This document shows, in pieces, positions 1-9,275 of a stretch of DNA of 35,265 bases (its first letter is position 1; every line of letters starts with the position of its first letter). The position numbers and the translations under genes are program-made. Origin of the DNA: a virus (taxonomy: Duplodnaviria; Heunggongvirae; Uroviricota; Caudoviricetes); the IMG/VR virus record IMGVR_UViG_2579778866_000006. One strand, given 5' to 3'. The notes beneath the pieces are model-generated. The model worked only from the letters and a program-made list of their open reading frames with translations. It did not search any database and was not told the DNA's origin.

Positions 1-280
1 GGTCATAACTCCTCATGTGTGTGGGGTGCTCGATGGCTCTCGTTATCTGGTTAAGTGTTTTGCAGCGCGGACATTTTATTTCAATGTAGTGAAATGAGGC
101 GCGGGCAAGTAGTTTGTTGCAATTTTTGCATCGTACATTTTGCGTCATTTGCGGCACCTCTTGTGTGGTTACTGCTGCCGATATGATAACAAATCGATCG
201 TTTTTATCGATCGGATTTATTGCATCGATCTGTTATGCCTATTGCTTATGTATGGTGCCCTCATTTGTGAGGGTAGCAAA

Positions 281-320
281 AAGAAAACCCGCAGTTTTTA
301 CGCTGCGGGTTTGTTGTTCA
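281..320. terminator. Bidirectional rho-independent terminator-like hairpin at the left flank
   Basis: Stem aaacccgcag / ctgcgggttt with 8-nt loop, A-run upstream and T-rich tract downstream (about 285-318). Confidence 0.5.
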
Positions 321-729
321 TGTCTGTGAGATAGGGTGCCGTTTCGACCAACCTTAGCAACCGATTGACGGGGGATTACTCCCCCGTCGCGGTTATCTTA
401 CTTATTACATAGTAAGAATGCCGCAATTTCCGTGCCAGCAAACCTGAATCGTAACTCGCACGGTGATGTGTGGAGGATCCAGATTATCGCTACCGCAGTT
501 ATGCAAAGTAACAGGGTTTTTAACGGAATTTGCGTCATAACGCTTGTCTCCTGAGAGGAGAGGCGCTAACCTTCTACTTGCGAAGGTAAGAAGTGTTAGG
601 GCCTCGGTTAAACAGAAATGTTTTCCGGGGCCTTTCCACATCTGGCCTTCGGGTATTCCCTCCGACCATCAGCCGAAAGGCACCCGCGCGTAATCTATCG
701 CTTTTTTGTTACTCCGGCAATTCTGCCTG

Positions 730-990
730 TTAATTCTGAGATAAAGGCAAACTCATCTGATTGTTTCCCCTGTGTGAAGCTGGCAGATCATGCCACGGGA
801 TACCTTCTGAAGAGTGAACGCCGGAGGCGTGTTTTGATGTGAATTTATGGAAAGCTTCCAGTGTTGAGAAGCATACGCCGCATTCCAGGTTGTTACACTG
901 GTAATACTTTTGCCGCACGGTGTTTGAATCATTTTCCGGACGACTGGTGCGGATACGGGCAGATGCGCCACAAAGCGGACAACGGAACAT
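730..990 (-). CDS. ogr: Ogr/Delta-family zinc-finger late transcription activator
   Basis: N-terminus MFRCPLCG...YYQCNNLECGVCF matches the P2 Ogr pattern MFHCPLCQ...YHQCQNVNCSATF (C-X2-C ... C-X4-C); sits next to D as in P2. ORF is 86 aa against about 72 aa for P2 Ogr. Confidence 0.75.
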   Translation of the reverse strand: MFRCPLCGASARIRTSRPENDSNTVRQKYYQCNNLECGVCFSTLEAFHKFTSKHASGVHSSEGIPWHDLPASHRGNNQMSLPLSQN

Positions 991-1032
991 AGCGACCTCC
1001 CTTAACGTGGTGCTGCCGCTATTCTAAGTTGC

Positions 1033-2163
1033 TCACTCTGTTTCCGCTATCCATTCCGGGATTTTTGCCTCAAGCTCAAGCTGCGTGGTAAAGCCGCTGT
1101 TATCAATGGTGTGCTCGGCTTTCGCAATAATCCAGTCCTGATTATCAATCTCGCTTTTAAATCCTGTTACCGTGCCATGCATTTCGGGGTAGAGTTCTGC
1201 GCGTCCGCGTGCCAGTGTGATGGAGAATGATGCGGCTCCGCGTTGTAGTTGTTGCCACTTTGCCGCCGCTGCGCGTCTTGCTGCCTGCTCGTTCTGATAA
1301 GTCTTGCGTAACACAAACACATTGCCTTCCGCGCCTTCCATATAATCACCTTCACGGCTGCTGCTTTTCTCTTTTTTCGGTTTTGGCGGTTTGCGGCGTT
1401 TCACGCTGACTTTTTTCTTTTTCCCGTAATTAAGATCAAGCCAGTAAGCGCGTACCCCCGTATACGCCTCGCGGTCAGCAATGCGGAACTGATGGCGATC
1501 GCCGCTGCTGCGTGTGATGGCGAACGATGGCAACGGCTGGCCCTGTGCGTTCACGCCACCGCCGGGCATGATGAATAACAGATTACCGCTTTTTACCGTG
1601 GTGATTGCGCCCAGCATTTCCGCCATGCGCGTAAGGAAGGACATGTCGCTTTCTTCGGTCTGGTCGGCGTGGTCGATTTCAATATCCATCAGCATTTCGC
1701 TGATTTGCGGTTTCAGGCCGTATCGGTGAGCAATTGCAGACACCACGCGTTCAACGGTCACATCATGCCAGGATACTTCGCGCTTGACGTTAAATTCATC
1801 CCGAAAATCTGCGCTTCTGGCTGAAATGGTCAGTCTGTCGGGCGGTCCTTCATGAGCAATTTCATCAACAATGTAAGTGCCTTTTTCTGTCAGCGGTTCT
1901 CCTTTCCAGCCAATGAGAACCGTCAGGCGCGCGCCCCGTGGCGGTAGCTGCAACTGACCATCCGCATCATCCAGCGTGATGGTGAGCTGGTCCGCTTCAA
2001 ATCCCCGGTTGTCGGTCAGTGACAGGCTCATCAGGCGCTCTGCCACGCCGGACAGCGTTTCCCCCTCCGCGAGAATATCAAAATCCGGCATTTTCACGGG
2101 GTCTGTGCCCTGACTGAGCAATTGCATGGTGGTGTCGGTCATCTTTCCCTCCCTGTGCAGCAT
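1033..2163 (-). CDS. D: Tail protein D (phage late control gene D family)
   Basis: 376-aa ORF with gpD-family motifs (LSLTDNRGFEADQLTITLDDADGQL, SARSADFR, SWHDVTVE, SDMSFLTRMAEMLGAITTVK). Confidence 0.9.
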   Translation of the reverse strand: MLHREGKMTDTTMQLLSQGTDPVKMPDFDILAEGETLSGVAERLMSLSLTDNRGFEADQLTITLDDADGQLQLPPRGARLTVLIGWKGEPLTEKGTYIVDEIAHEGPPDRLTISARSADFRDEFNVKREVSWHDVTVERVVSAIAHRYGLKPQISEMLMDIEIDHADQTEESDMSFLTRMAEMLGAITTVKSGNLLFIMPGGGVNAQGQPLPSFAITRSSGDRHQFRIADREAYTGVRAYWLDLNYGKKKKVSVKRRKPPKPKKEKSSSREGDYMEGAEGNVFVLRKTYQNEQAARRAAAAKWQQLQRGAASFSITLARGRAELYPEMHGTVTGFKSEIDNQDWIIAKAEHTIDNSGFTTQLELEAKIPEWIAETE

Positions 2164-2298
2164 GGTCGCATGTGCGTGCGGAGGGGGTTACTGCTTTTTG
2201 TTGTCGCCGTGGCGGGAGAACGGCGCGGGGGTGAGATTACGCGCGTGGTGGGTGATGATTGTTGCCGAATCATTTAACGGATACAAGGGGCTGAAGCT

Positions 2299-3483
2299 AT
2301 GAGTGAAACTCGTTTTCATGGTGCCCGTGTTACGGAAAGTACCGACCTGGTAACAGCGATTAATGATGTTGATTCCAGTGTTATCGGTATCGTGGCAACG
2401 GCGGATGATGCGGATGCGGAGCTGTTCCCGCTGAACAAGCCCACACTGCTGACCCGCGTCAATGACGTGCTGGGAAAATGCGGAACAACGGGGACGCTTT
2501 ATCGTGCGCTTAAGGCCATCGCAGACCAGGTGAGCACAAAGGTGATCGTCGTTCGCGTGGCTGAACACAAAGAAGAAGACGGAAAAACGCAGGATCAACT
2601 GGTTATCGGTGGTTCTGAATCTGACGGCAGCTATACGGGGATGTATGCGCTGCTTGTTGCAGAGCAGGATGAAAGCATCGGATACCGTCCGCGTATTCTG
2701 GCCGCGCCGGAGCTGGACACGGAGGCGGTAACAAAATCCCTGTGCGTGATTGCGGGTAAACTGCGCGCGTTTGTGTATGCCTCATGTCACGGCTGTAACA
2801 CGATGGCTGAGGCGATTACCTACCGCCAGAAATTCAACGAACGTGAGGTGATGCTCTTATGGCCGGACTTCATCGCCTACAACCCGAAAAGTGGCAAAAA
2901 CGAAACGTTCCCCGCGCCTGCCTATGCGTGCGGCCTTCGTGCGTACATTGACCATGAGCAGGGCTGGCACAAATCGCTGTCCAACGTTCCGGTTAAAAAT
3001 GTGCTGGGGATGTCCAGGCATGTGTTCTGGTCGTTGCAGGCCGAAGACAGTGATGCCAACAGCCTCAACAACAAAGAAATCACGACCATTATTCGTCGCA
3101 ACGGGTTCCGTTTCTGGGGCAACCGCACCCCGGAAACGAACGCCTACATCTTTGAGGTGTATACCCGAACCGCACAGGTGCTGGCTGATTCAATTGCGGA
3201 AGCGCAGTTTGAAACCATCGACAGTCCACTGACGCCTGCGAACGTGAAAGATGTTATCAGTGCCATCAGGGCAAAACTGGATTCACTGGTTACTGCCGGG
3301 AAACTGATTGGGGCGTCGTGCTGGTATGACGTGGTGGATAACGGCACCACGAATTTACGTCAGGGGCGCGTGCGTATTCGCTACAAATATACGCCTGTTC
3401 CCCCGCTGGAAGACATGGAGCTTTACCAGTCGTTTACTGATGAATTCTTTGGTCCCGCATTTGCGGTGCTGGGAGGTGCCTGA
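2299..3483 (+). CDS. FI: Contractile tail sheath protein FI
   Basis: 394 aa; conserved blocks shared with P2 FI (ADDADAELFPLNKP, RAFVYASCHGCNTMAEAITYRQKF, WPDFIAYN, EQGWHKSLSNV, RRNGFRFWGNRT, YTPVPPLE). Confidence 0.95.
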   Translation: MSETRFHGARVTESTDLVTAINDVDSSVIGIVATADDADAELFPLNKPTLLTRVNDVLGKCGTTGTLYRALKAIADQVSTKVIVVRVAEHKEEDGKTQDQLVIGGSESDGSYTGMYALLVAEQDESIGYRPRILAAPELDTEAVTKSLCVIAGKLRAFVYASCHGCNTMAEAITYRQKFNEREVMLLWPDFIAYNPKSGKNETFPAPAYACGLRAYIDHEQGWHKSLSNVPVKNVLGMSRHVFWSLQAEDSDANSLNNKEITTIIRRNGFRFWGNRTPETNAYIFEVYTRTAQVLADSIAEAQFETIDSPLTPANVKDVISAIRAKLDSLVTAGKLIGASCWYDVVDNGTTNLRQGRVRIRYKYTPVPPLEDMELYQSFTDEFFGPAFAVLGGA

Positions 3484-3995
3484 TGGCTGTACCAAAACAT
3501 CTTCGCTTTTTTACGCTGTTTGTGGATGGTGAAAACGAAGTGGGTAAGGTGACGTCTGTCACTCTACCTAAGCTGACGCGCAAAACCGACAGCTACCGGG
3601 GTGGTGGCATGATGGGTGCGGTAAGTATTGATCTCGGTCTGGACGACTCCGCGCTTGATGCGAGCTTTGTCATGGGGGGCGCAGTTCGTGAGCTGTTCCT
3701 TAAGTATGGCGGCACGATTGACGGCACGCTGCTGCGTTTTGCGGGTGAATACTACACCGATGCAGAAAGCGACCTGTATGAAGTCGAAATGCGCGGACGT
3801 GTGACGGAAATTGATATGGGGGAAGCCAAACAGGGCGAAGCCACATCACACACTTACGCCATTAAAAACACCTACTACAAGCTGAGTGTTAACGATCGCC
3901 CGTTGTGGGAGATTGACCTGCTGAACTTCATTTACCGGAAGGACGGCAAGGACATTGTGCCCGATCGCATCCGTTCCGCGCTCGGGCTTGGCTGA
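3483..3995 (+). CDS. FII: Tail tube protein FII
   Basis: 170 aa; P2 FII-like (SVTLPKLTRKTDSYRGGGM, LGLDD); start overlaps the FI stop. Confidence 0.9.
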   Translation: MAVPKHLRFFTLFVDGENEVGKVTSVTLPKLTRKTDSYRGGGMMGAVSIDLGLDDSALDASFVMGGAVRELFLKYGGTIDGTLLRFAGEYYTDAESDLYEVEMRGRVTEIDMGEAKQGEATSHTYAIKNTYYKLSVNDRPLWEIDLLNFIYRKDGKDIVPDRIRSALGLG

Positions 3996-4049
3996 TAAGT
4001 AATATGCAGGCGGCGCAGTGCGTCGCCTCTGACTGAAAGGAGTTTCCTG

Positions 4050-4415
4050 ATGAAAGAGACGAAAAACATCGATACCGAAAACACGGTAGTTACTGACACT
4101 GTGAAAGAAACCAGTGAGCGTGGCGTAAAACTTACCCAACCAATTGAGCGAGGCGGCGAAAAAATCACGTATGTGGAGATCACCGGGGCTATTGAGCAGG
4201 CTGGATCTCTGCGAGATTTGTCGCTGTCTGATGTGCTGAATCTGAAAGCGGAATCCATGTTTACGCTGCTGTCACGCGTGACATCACCGCGACTGGATGA
4301 AGTGACGATCAAAAAAATGGCATCCCGTGACTTTATTCAGTTATGTGTGGTTGCCGTAAATTTTTTGAGCGGTGCGGACTCTGGCGGGAAGAACGAACAG
4401 GCGACGGAAGCCTGA
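4050..4415 (+). CDS. E: Tail assembly chaperone E (zero-frame product)
   Basis: Small ORF between tube and tape-measure genes, as in P2; contains the slippery heptamer near its 3' end. Confidence 0.8.
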   Translation: MKETKNIDTENTVVTDTVKETSERGVKLTQPIERGGEKITYVEITGAIEQAGSLRDLSLSDVLNLKAESMFTLLSRVTSPRLDEVTIKKMASRDFIQLCVVAVNFLSGADSGGKNEQATEA

Positions 4416-4579
4416 TCACGGTTGTGTGCTTTGAGCACATAGAAGACTTTGTGGCGGATATTGCCGCCATTTTTAACTGGTCGCCCGCCGAAATCTTCAT
4501 GATGACGCCCGGCGAAGTGGTTAGCTGGCGTGAGCGGGCGGCACTTCGCAGCGGGAATGCAGACAATGAAGACTCTTGA
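4050..4579 (+). CDS. E: Tail assembly chaperone E+E' produced by programmed -1 frameshift at T TTT TTG (about 4361-4367)
   Basis: Slippery TTTTTTG inside E; the -1 frame stays open (FFERCGLWREERTG...SWRERAALRSGNADNEDS) to 4579 and overlaps the tape-measure start, the conserved P2 E/E' arrangement. Confidence 0.75.
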
Positions 4580-7373
4580 TATCCGGGTCGCTTTCAGCGC
4601 CGTTGACAGGCTGACCCGGCCTGCCGAAAACGCCCGCCGCCTGATGGGGCAGTTTGGTGACTCCATCCAGCGAACGCAGGGGGCGATCAAAAATCTCGAG
4701 CGTCAGGCGCGATCATTTGAGCGCGCCCGCGACGCTGTCAGTAAAGCGGATGCGGGTATCGTGAAAGCACGACGCCAGCTTAACGCCCTTAATCAGTTAC
4801 AACGCACGGGTACAGTGCTCAGCGAAAAACAACAAAAGCTGATGCAGCAGTTAAGCACCCGGCTTGAACGCCTGAATGAATCGCGCACACGGGAAATTCA
4901 GAAAATGCGGGAGCTTGGCGGAGAGCTGAAACGCCACGGCATTTCCCTGACAGGCAGCGATAACACCATCCAGCAGGCCATCAGACGCACCGAACAGTAC
5001 AACAACCAGCTTGAACGCGAACGGCAGGCGCTTGCGCGTGTAACGCGGGCGCGTGAGCGGTATTCGCGCGCGCAGGAAACAGCGGGAAAACTGAAAACAG
5101 GTGGTGCGCTGGCAATTGGTGCGGCAGCGGCTGGCGGCTATGCTGCCGGACGTTTTTTGCAGCCCGCGATCGGGTTCGGGAAAGAGATGTCCCGCGTTCA
5201 GGCACTGACGCGAATCGACCAGAACAGCCCGCAGTTTAAGGCGCTGCGTGAGCAGGCGTTAAAACTTGGCTCTGAAACACAGTTTACTGCGAGTGATGCC
5301 GCCAGTGGGCAGAGCTTTCTGGCAATGGCTGGTTTTACTCCGCAGGCCATTCAGGCCGCATTGCCCGGTGTTCTTAATATGGCGCTGGCAGGTGGCGTCG
5401 AACTCGGCGAGACGGCTGATATAGGCTCCAATATCCTCACACAGTTCAACCTGACAGCCGATCAAATGGACCGGGTTGGCGATACGCTGACAGCGGCATT
5501 CACCCGGACCAATACTGATTTACGCGCGCTGGGCGAAACCATGAAGTATACCGGTCCGGTTGCCGCAAAACTTGGTATCAGTCTTGAAGAAGCGGCAGCC
5601 ATGGCCGGGATGCTTGCCAATAATGGTCTTCGCGGAAGCGATGCTGGTACGGCCATGCGCGCAAGTCTGTCCCGCCTTGCATCACCGCCAAAAGCTGCGG
5701 CTGATGCGCTGAAAGAGCTGGGAGTGTCAGTTGCTGACGCCAGAGGCAAAATGCGCCCGATGGAGGATGTGCTGGTTGATCTCTATAAGGCGACACAAAA
5801 ATACGGACAGGTGGACCAGGTTTCCTTCTTCAAGGACATCGCCGGAGAAGAGGCGTTCGTTGGTTTGCAGACGCTTGTTGCGGCGGCCGGTTCAGGAGAG
5901 CTGCAAAAACTGACCAGAGAATTGCAGGAGGCAAGGGGAGAGGCCGATCGCGTCGCAAAAGTAATGGCCGATAATCTTGATGGGGACCTGAAAAATCTCG
6001 ACAGCGCATGGGAAGGTCTTCGTATTCGCATCAGTGATCTGGTTGACGGTCCGCTGCGTTCTGTCACGCAGTGGCTCACGCGGGTGCTTGAAAAAATCAC
6101 CTCGCTGGCGCAGGCCCATCCGGTGCTGACGCGCCAGCTACTGATAGCAGGCGGTGCGTTGCTGGCAATGACTGCAACGATTGGCTCGTTGTCGCTGGTT
6201 ATTGGGGTGCTTTACGGGAAGCTGGCCACGCTGCGTCTTGGTTTTGACATTCTTACCCGGTCAATGAATGTCGTCAGGGTGTTGCCTGCGCTGTGGGGAA
6301 TGGTGACGGGTTCCGTTTCTTTACTGGGAGGCGCTATCGGGGCGCTGTTCAGTCCGGTTGGTCTTATCGTGGCTGCGCTTGCCGGAGCTGCCGTTCTTAT
6401 CTGGAAATACTGGGATCCCATCAGGGCATTTTTTGCCGGGGTGTTCAGCGGGATCATGGAAAGGCTGACCCCGTTGCGCGAAACCTTTGAACGGTTTGGT
6501 CCTGTTTTTGACGCAATCGGAAGCGGGATCAGCCAGGTGTTTAACTGGTTTAAATCGCTGCTGTCACCGATGGAGTCCAGCAAGGAAACGCTGGATAAAT
6601 GTACCAGTGCTGGCGAGATATTCGGTAACGTTCTTGGCGGTGCGTTACAGCTTGTTCTGACACCTGCCAAAATGCTACTGGATACGCTGGCGTGGATACT
6701 TGAAAAACTTGGCGTCCTTCCGGATGAAGCGGAAAGGGCGCGCAAGAAAATCGAAGACGCACAGCGTGCGGCCATTCTTCAGGACAAGGTTGCCTTGCTT
6801 CAGGGGGACCTTGCGAAAATCAATCCACCGAAGCCTGTGGAAAATGGCAATGGCACCGGAGGTGATAAACCCAAAGACAACAAACCGCTCACAGACAGCA
6901 ATACCGGGACGCTACGCAGACTCAGCAAAATTGCTGATAACACAGGTAAGCTGGTTGATGAGACGAAAAAACGCATTGGCCCCGGCGATATTGTCTTTAA
7001 GAACCTGCCCCGCGCACTTGCTGTTCGTGGGGAGTGGCAGGAGCGGAAGATTGCGCAGGTCAGTAAGCCTGCCCCCGCAATTAATATCACACCCGTAGTC
7101 CCGGCTCCGCTGCCTCCGGCGCTGGTCCCTGTTGTTGCGGCCAGCTCCCGCCCGGTGGCGGAGGCCATACGATCGCCAGTGGCATCAGTTCCTGCAGCTT
7201 CCCGTAATCGGGAGCCTGCTGTCTCCGGATTTGGCGGTGAAATTCATGTTCATCTGCATAACGTTGTTACGCAGAATCCCCGCGAACTGGCGAAACTGGT
7301 CGGTGAAATGGTCAGGGCAGAGATGGAACGGCGCGCCCGTGCCGGACGTGGCAGTTTTTACGATAAAGATTGA
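4530..7373 (+). CDS. T: Tail tape measure protein T
   Basis: 947-aa ORF with coiled-coil N-terminal region, Gly/Ala-rich hydrophobic central segments and a proline-rich C-terminal tract; positioned between E/E' and U. Confidence 0.9.
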   Translation: MSGRHFAAGMQTMKTLDIRVAFSAVDRLTRPAENARRLMGQFGDSIQRTQGAIKNLERQARSFERARDAVSKADAGIVKARRQLNALNQLQRTGTVLSEKQQKLMQQLSTRLERLNESRTREIQKMRELGGELKRHGISLTGSDNTIQQAIRRTEQYNNQLERERQALARVTRARERYSRAQETAGKLKTGGALAIGAAAAGGYAAGRFLQPAIGFGKEMSRVQALTRIDQNSPQFKALREQALKLGSETQFTASDAASGQSFLAMAGFTPQAIQAALPGVLNMALAGGVELGETADIGSNILTQFNLTADQMDRVGDTLTAAFTRTNTDLRALGETMKYTGPVAAKLGISLEEAAAMAGMLANNGLRGSDAGTAMRASLSRLASPPKAAADALKELGVSVADARGKMRPMEDVLVDLYKATQKYGQVDQVSFFKDIAGEEAFVGLQTLVAAAGSGELQKLTRELQEARGEADRVAKVMADNLDGDLKNLDSAWEGLRIRISDLVDGPLRSVTQWLTRVLEKITSLAQAHPVLTRQLLIAGGALLAMTATIGSLSLVIGVLYGKLATLRLGFDILTRSMNVVRVLPALWGMVTGSVSLLGGAIGALFSPVGLIVAALAGAAVLIWKYWDPIRAFFAGVFSGIMERLTPLRETFERFGPVFDAIGSGISQVFNWFKSLLSPMESSKETLDKCTSAGEIFGNVLGGALQLVLTPAKMLLDTLAWILEKLGVLPDEAERARKKIEDAQRAAILQDKVALLQGDLAKINPPKPVENGNGTGGDKPKDNKPLTDSNTGTLRRLSKIADNTGKLVDETKKRIGPGDIVFKNLPRALAVRGEWQERKIAQVSKPAPAINITPVVPAPLPPALVPVVAASSRPVAEAIRSPVASVPAASRNREPAVSGFGGEIHVHLHNVVTQNPRELAKLVGEMVRAEMERRARAGRGSFYDKD

Positions 7374-7379
7374 GGAGTC

Positions 7380-7874
7380 ATGGCCATGATGATGATCTAC
7401 GGCATGTTTGTTTTTGAGCTGCGCACATTGCCGCATCAGCAGTTACAGCAAAACAAAAGCTGGCGGCATGTGAAAAATGAACGCGTTAACCGCTCAGCAA
7501 GCTGGCAGTATATCGGTGCAGGTGATGATCGCATTGTGCTTTCTGGCGTGCTTTATCCTGAAATTACAGGTGGCGAAGTGTCGCTTTCGTTGCTGACCAC
7601 GCAGGCATATACAGGACGCCCCTGGCCTCTGATTGATGGTGTCGGGCAGATTTACGGCATGTATGTGCTGACTGAAACGAATACGACCCGTTCCGAGTTT
7701 GATCGCTACGGTAAGGCGAAAAAGATAGAATTTTCACTGACCCTTGAACGCTGTGATGAGGATTTGCGGGAGCGCCTGCAATCCTCATCGTTCAGCGATA
7801 TGCTGTCCGGCTTCAAAGATAAGGTGACATCATCTCTTAACAGCGCGGCCAGTTCAGTTAAAGGGCTGTTCTGA
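7380..7874 (+). CDS. U: Tail protein U
   Basis: 164 aa; similar to P2 gpU (MMM..GMFVF.L.T.P.Q.LQ....WRH, GDD.I.LSGVL.PE.TGG, YGMYV, KIEFSL.L.R.DE). Confidence 0.85.
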   Translation: MAMMMIYGMFVFELRTLPHQQLQQNKSWRHVKNERVNRSASWQYIGAGDDRIVLSGVLYPEITGGEVSLSLLTTQAYTGRPWPLIDGVGQIYGMYVLTETNTTRSEFDRYGKAKKIEFSLTLERCDEDLRERLQSSSFSDMLSGFKDKVTSSLNSAASSVKGLF

Positions 7875-7880
7875 TTTAAC

Positions 7881-7920
7881 ACAAAAACCGCTAATGGTCA
7901 GATTAGCGGTTATTTTGTTT
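7881..7920. terminator. Bidirectional intrinsic terminator between convergent U and invertase genes
   Basis: Perfect 10-bp stem aaccgctaat / attagcggtt with 6-nt loop, A-run on one side and T-run on the other. Confidence 0.7.
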
Positions 7921-8515
7921 CCTGACTCTTCTCTATTGTTCCGCTTGATTCTCCTGCGGGGTGGTAACGATAAATCGTCGATATACCAATGCCGTAAATT
8001 ATTGCCAGTTGTTTTCTGTCGTGCCCGTTTTTGATCAGCCTTGCTATTTGCTCATGCTGTTCTTTTGTCAGCTTCGGGCGACGTCCGCCTGTGCGCCCCC
8101 GTGCGCGCGCTGCCGCCAGTCCGGCCAGTGTACGTTCAACAATTAATTCACGTTCCATTTCAGCCAGGGCACCCATCACGTGGAAGAAAAAACGCCCCAT
8201 TGGAGAAGATGTATCTATGCTGTCGGTCAGACTGCGAAAATTAATCCCTCGCTCCCGTAGTTCCCCGACGAGAGAAATCAGATGTTTCATGCTTCGCCCG
8301 AGGCGATCCAGTTTCCAGACAACCAGCGTGTCACCTTTTTGAAGGCGCTTTAAAGCGCGTTTTAATCCCGGTCGGTCTGTCTTTGTCCCGCTTAATTTAT
8401 CTTCAAATATTTGTTCACATCCTGCACAAACAAGAGCGTTTCGTTGCAGGTCTGTATTCTGGTCATTTGTTGATACCCTTACATAGCCAATCAGCACGCT
8501 GAATCTCCCGTCCAA
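7910..8515 (-). CDS. Serine recombinase, DNA invertase of the Gin/Cin/Pin/Hin family
   Basis: 201 aa; N-terminal resolvase catalytic domain (GYVRVSTNDQ with the catalytic Ser, LVVWKLDRLGRS) and C-terminal HTH (GISTIYRY); adjacent to a gix-like crossover site. Confidence 0.95.
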   Translation of the reverse strand: MDGRFSVLIGYVRVSTNDQNTDLQRNALVCAGCEQIFEDKLSGTKTDRPGLKRALKRLQKGDTLVVWKLDRLGRSMKHLISLVGELRERGINFRSLTDSIDTSSPMGRFFFHVMGALAEMERELIVERTLAGLAAARARGRTGGRRPKLTKEQHEQIARLIKNGHDRKQLAIIYGIGISTIYRYHPAGESSGTIEKSQETK

Positions 8516-8551
8516 AAGCGTAAATCATGCCATGCAGGTCAGAAACGACCA

Positions 8552-8577
8552 TTATCTAAAACCTCGGTTTACGAGAA
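8552..8577. other. gix/hix-like 26-bp inversion crossover site (left end of invertible segment)
   Basis: TTATCTAAAACCTCGGTTTACGAGAA; its reverse complement TTCTCGTAAACCGAGGTTTTAGATAA closely matches Mu gix TTCCTGTAAACCGAGGTTTTGGATAA. Coordinates about +/-2 bp. Confidence 0.8.
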
Positions 8578-9273
8578 CTCGGCACAAGCGGGGAGAAAAT
8601 ACCGTTACTCAGTACAGCGAATACCTGGACTAATCGACAAACATTCAGCGGTGGCCTTTCTGGTGAACTATCCGGCAATGCTTCTACAGCTGCAAAATTA
8701 AAAACTGCCAGGAAAATAAGCAATGTGGCTTTTGATGGTTCCTCCGATATCACATTAAAAGCAAGTCATGTTGGTGCGTTTGCCTTAGGGAAAACAGGAA
8801 GCACCGTTGCGAATGATAAAGCAGTTGGATGGAACTGGAGTAGCGGAGCCTATAACGCAACTATTAGTGGTGCATCAACGTTAATTATTCATTTTTATAT
8901 GGGAGAAGGAAGTTGTCCTGCAGCTCAGTTTCGGATTAATTATAAAAATGGCGGTATTTTTTATCGTTCAGCCCGTGATGGTTATGGTTTTGAAGCCGAC
9001 TGGTCCGAATTTTACACCACCACCAGAAAACCTTCAGCAGGAGATGTTGGTGCATATACTAAAGCGGAATGTAATTCACGATTTATTACAGGTGTCCGTT
9101 TAGGAGGACTGTCATCTGTTCAAACATGGAATGGGCCTGGTTGGTCTGATAAGTCAGGTTATGTCGTTACAGGTTCAGTTAACGGAAACCGTGACGAATT
9201 AATTGATACAACTCAGGCAAGGCCAATTCAGTATTGCATTAATGGGACGTGGTATAACGCGGGGAGTATTTAA
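8566..9273 (+). CDS. Alternative tail-fibre C-terminal variable cassette (Sv'-like); no start of its own, expressed only after inversion
   Basis: Track ORF 8725..9273 starts at the first GTG of a frame that is open back to the crossover site at about 8566 and closed by TAA just upstream. C-terminal motif RPIQYCINGTWYNAGSI parallels RPIQKYINGTWYNVAQV of the H gene. Confidence 0.7.
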   Translation, partial: GLRELGTSGEKIPLLSTANTWTNRQTFSGGLSGELSGNASTAAKLKTARKISNVAFDGSSDITLKASHVGAFALGKTGSTVANDKAVGWNWSSGAYNATISGASTLIIHFYMGEGSCPAAQFRINYKNGGIFYRSARDGYGFEADWSEFYTTTRKPSAGDVGAYTKAECNSRFITGVRLGGLSSVQTWNGPGWSDKSGYVVTGSVNGNRDELIDTTQARPIQYCINGTWYNAGSI

Positions 9274-9275
9274 CG

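Noticed and set aside
114-641. Short ORFs in the left flank (114..329, 140..334, 405..641)
   Set aside because: No recognisable protein features, overlapping frames and hairpin-rich sequence; more likely non-coding junction sequence.
2164-2298. Canonical P2 late promoter element (TGT-N12-ACA) upstream of FI
   Set aside because: No exact match to the dyad found by eye at the expected position; only partial matches, so no promoter feature is called.
4981-7168. Multiple minus-strand ORFs inside the tape-measure gene (for example 5783..6100, 6212..6775, 6800..7168)
   Set aside because: Antisense shadow ORFs within a well-supported gene; compositionally biased and without independent support.
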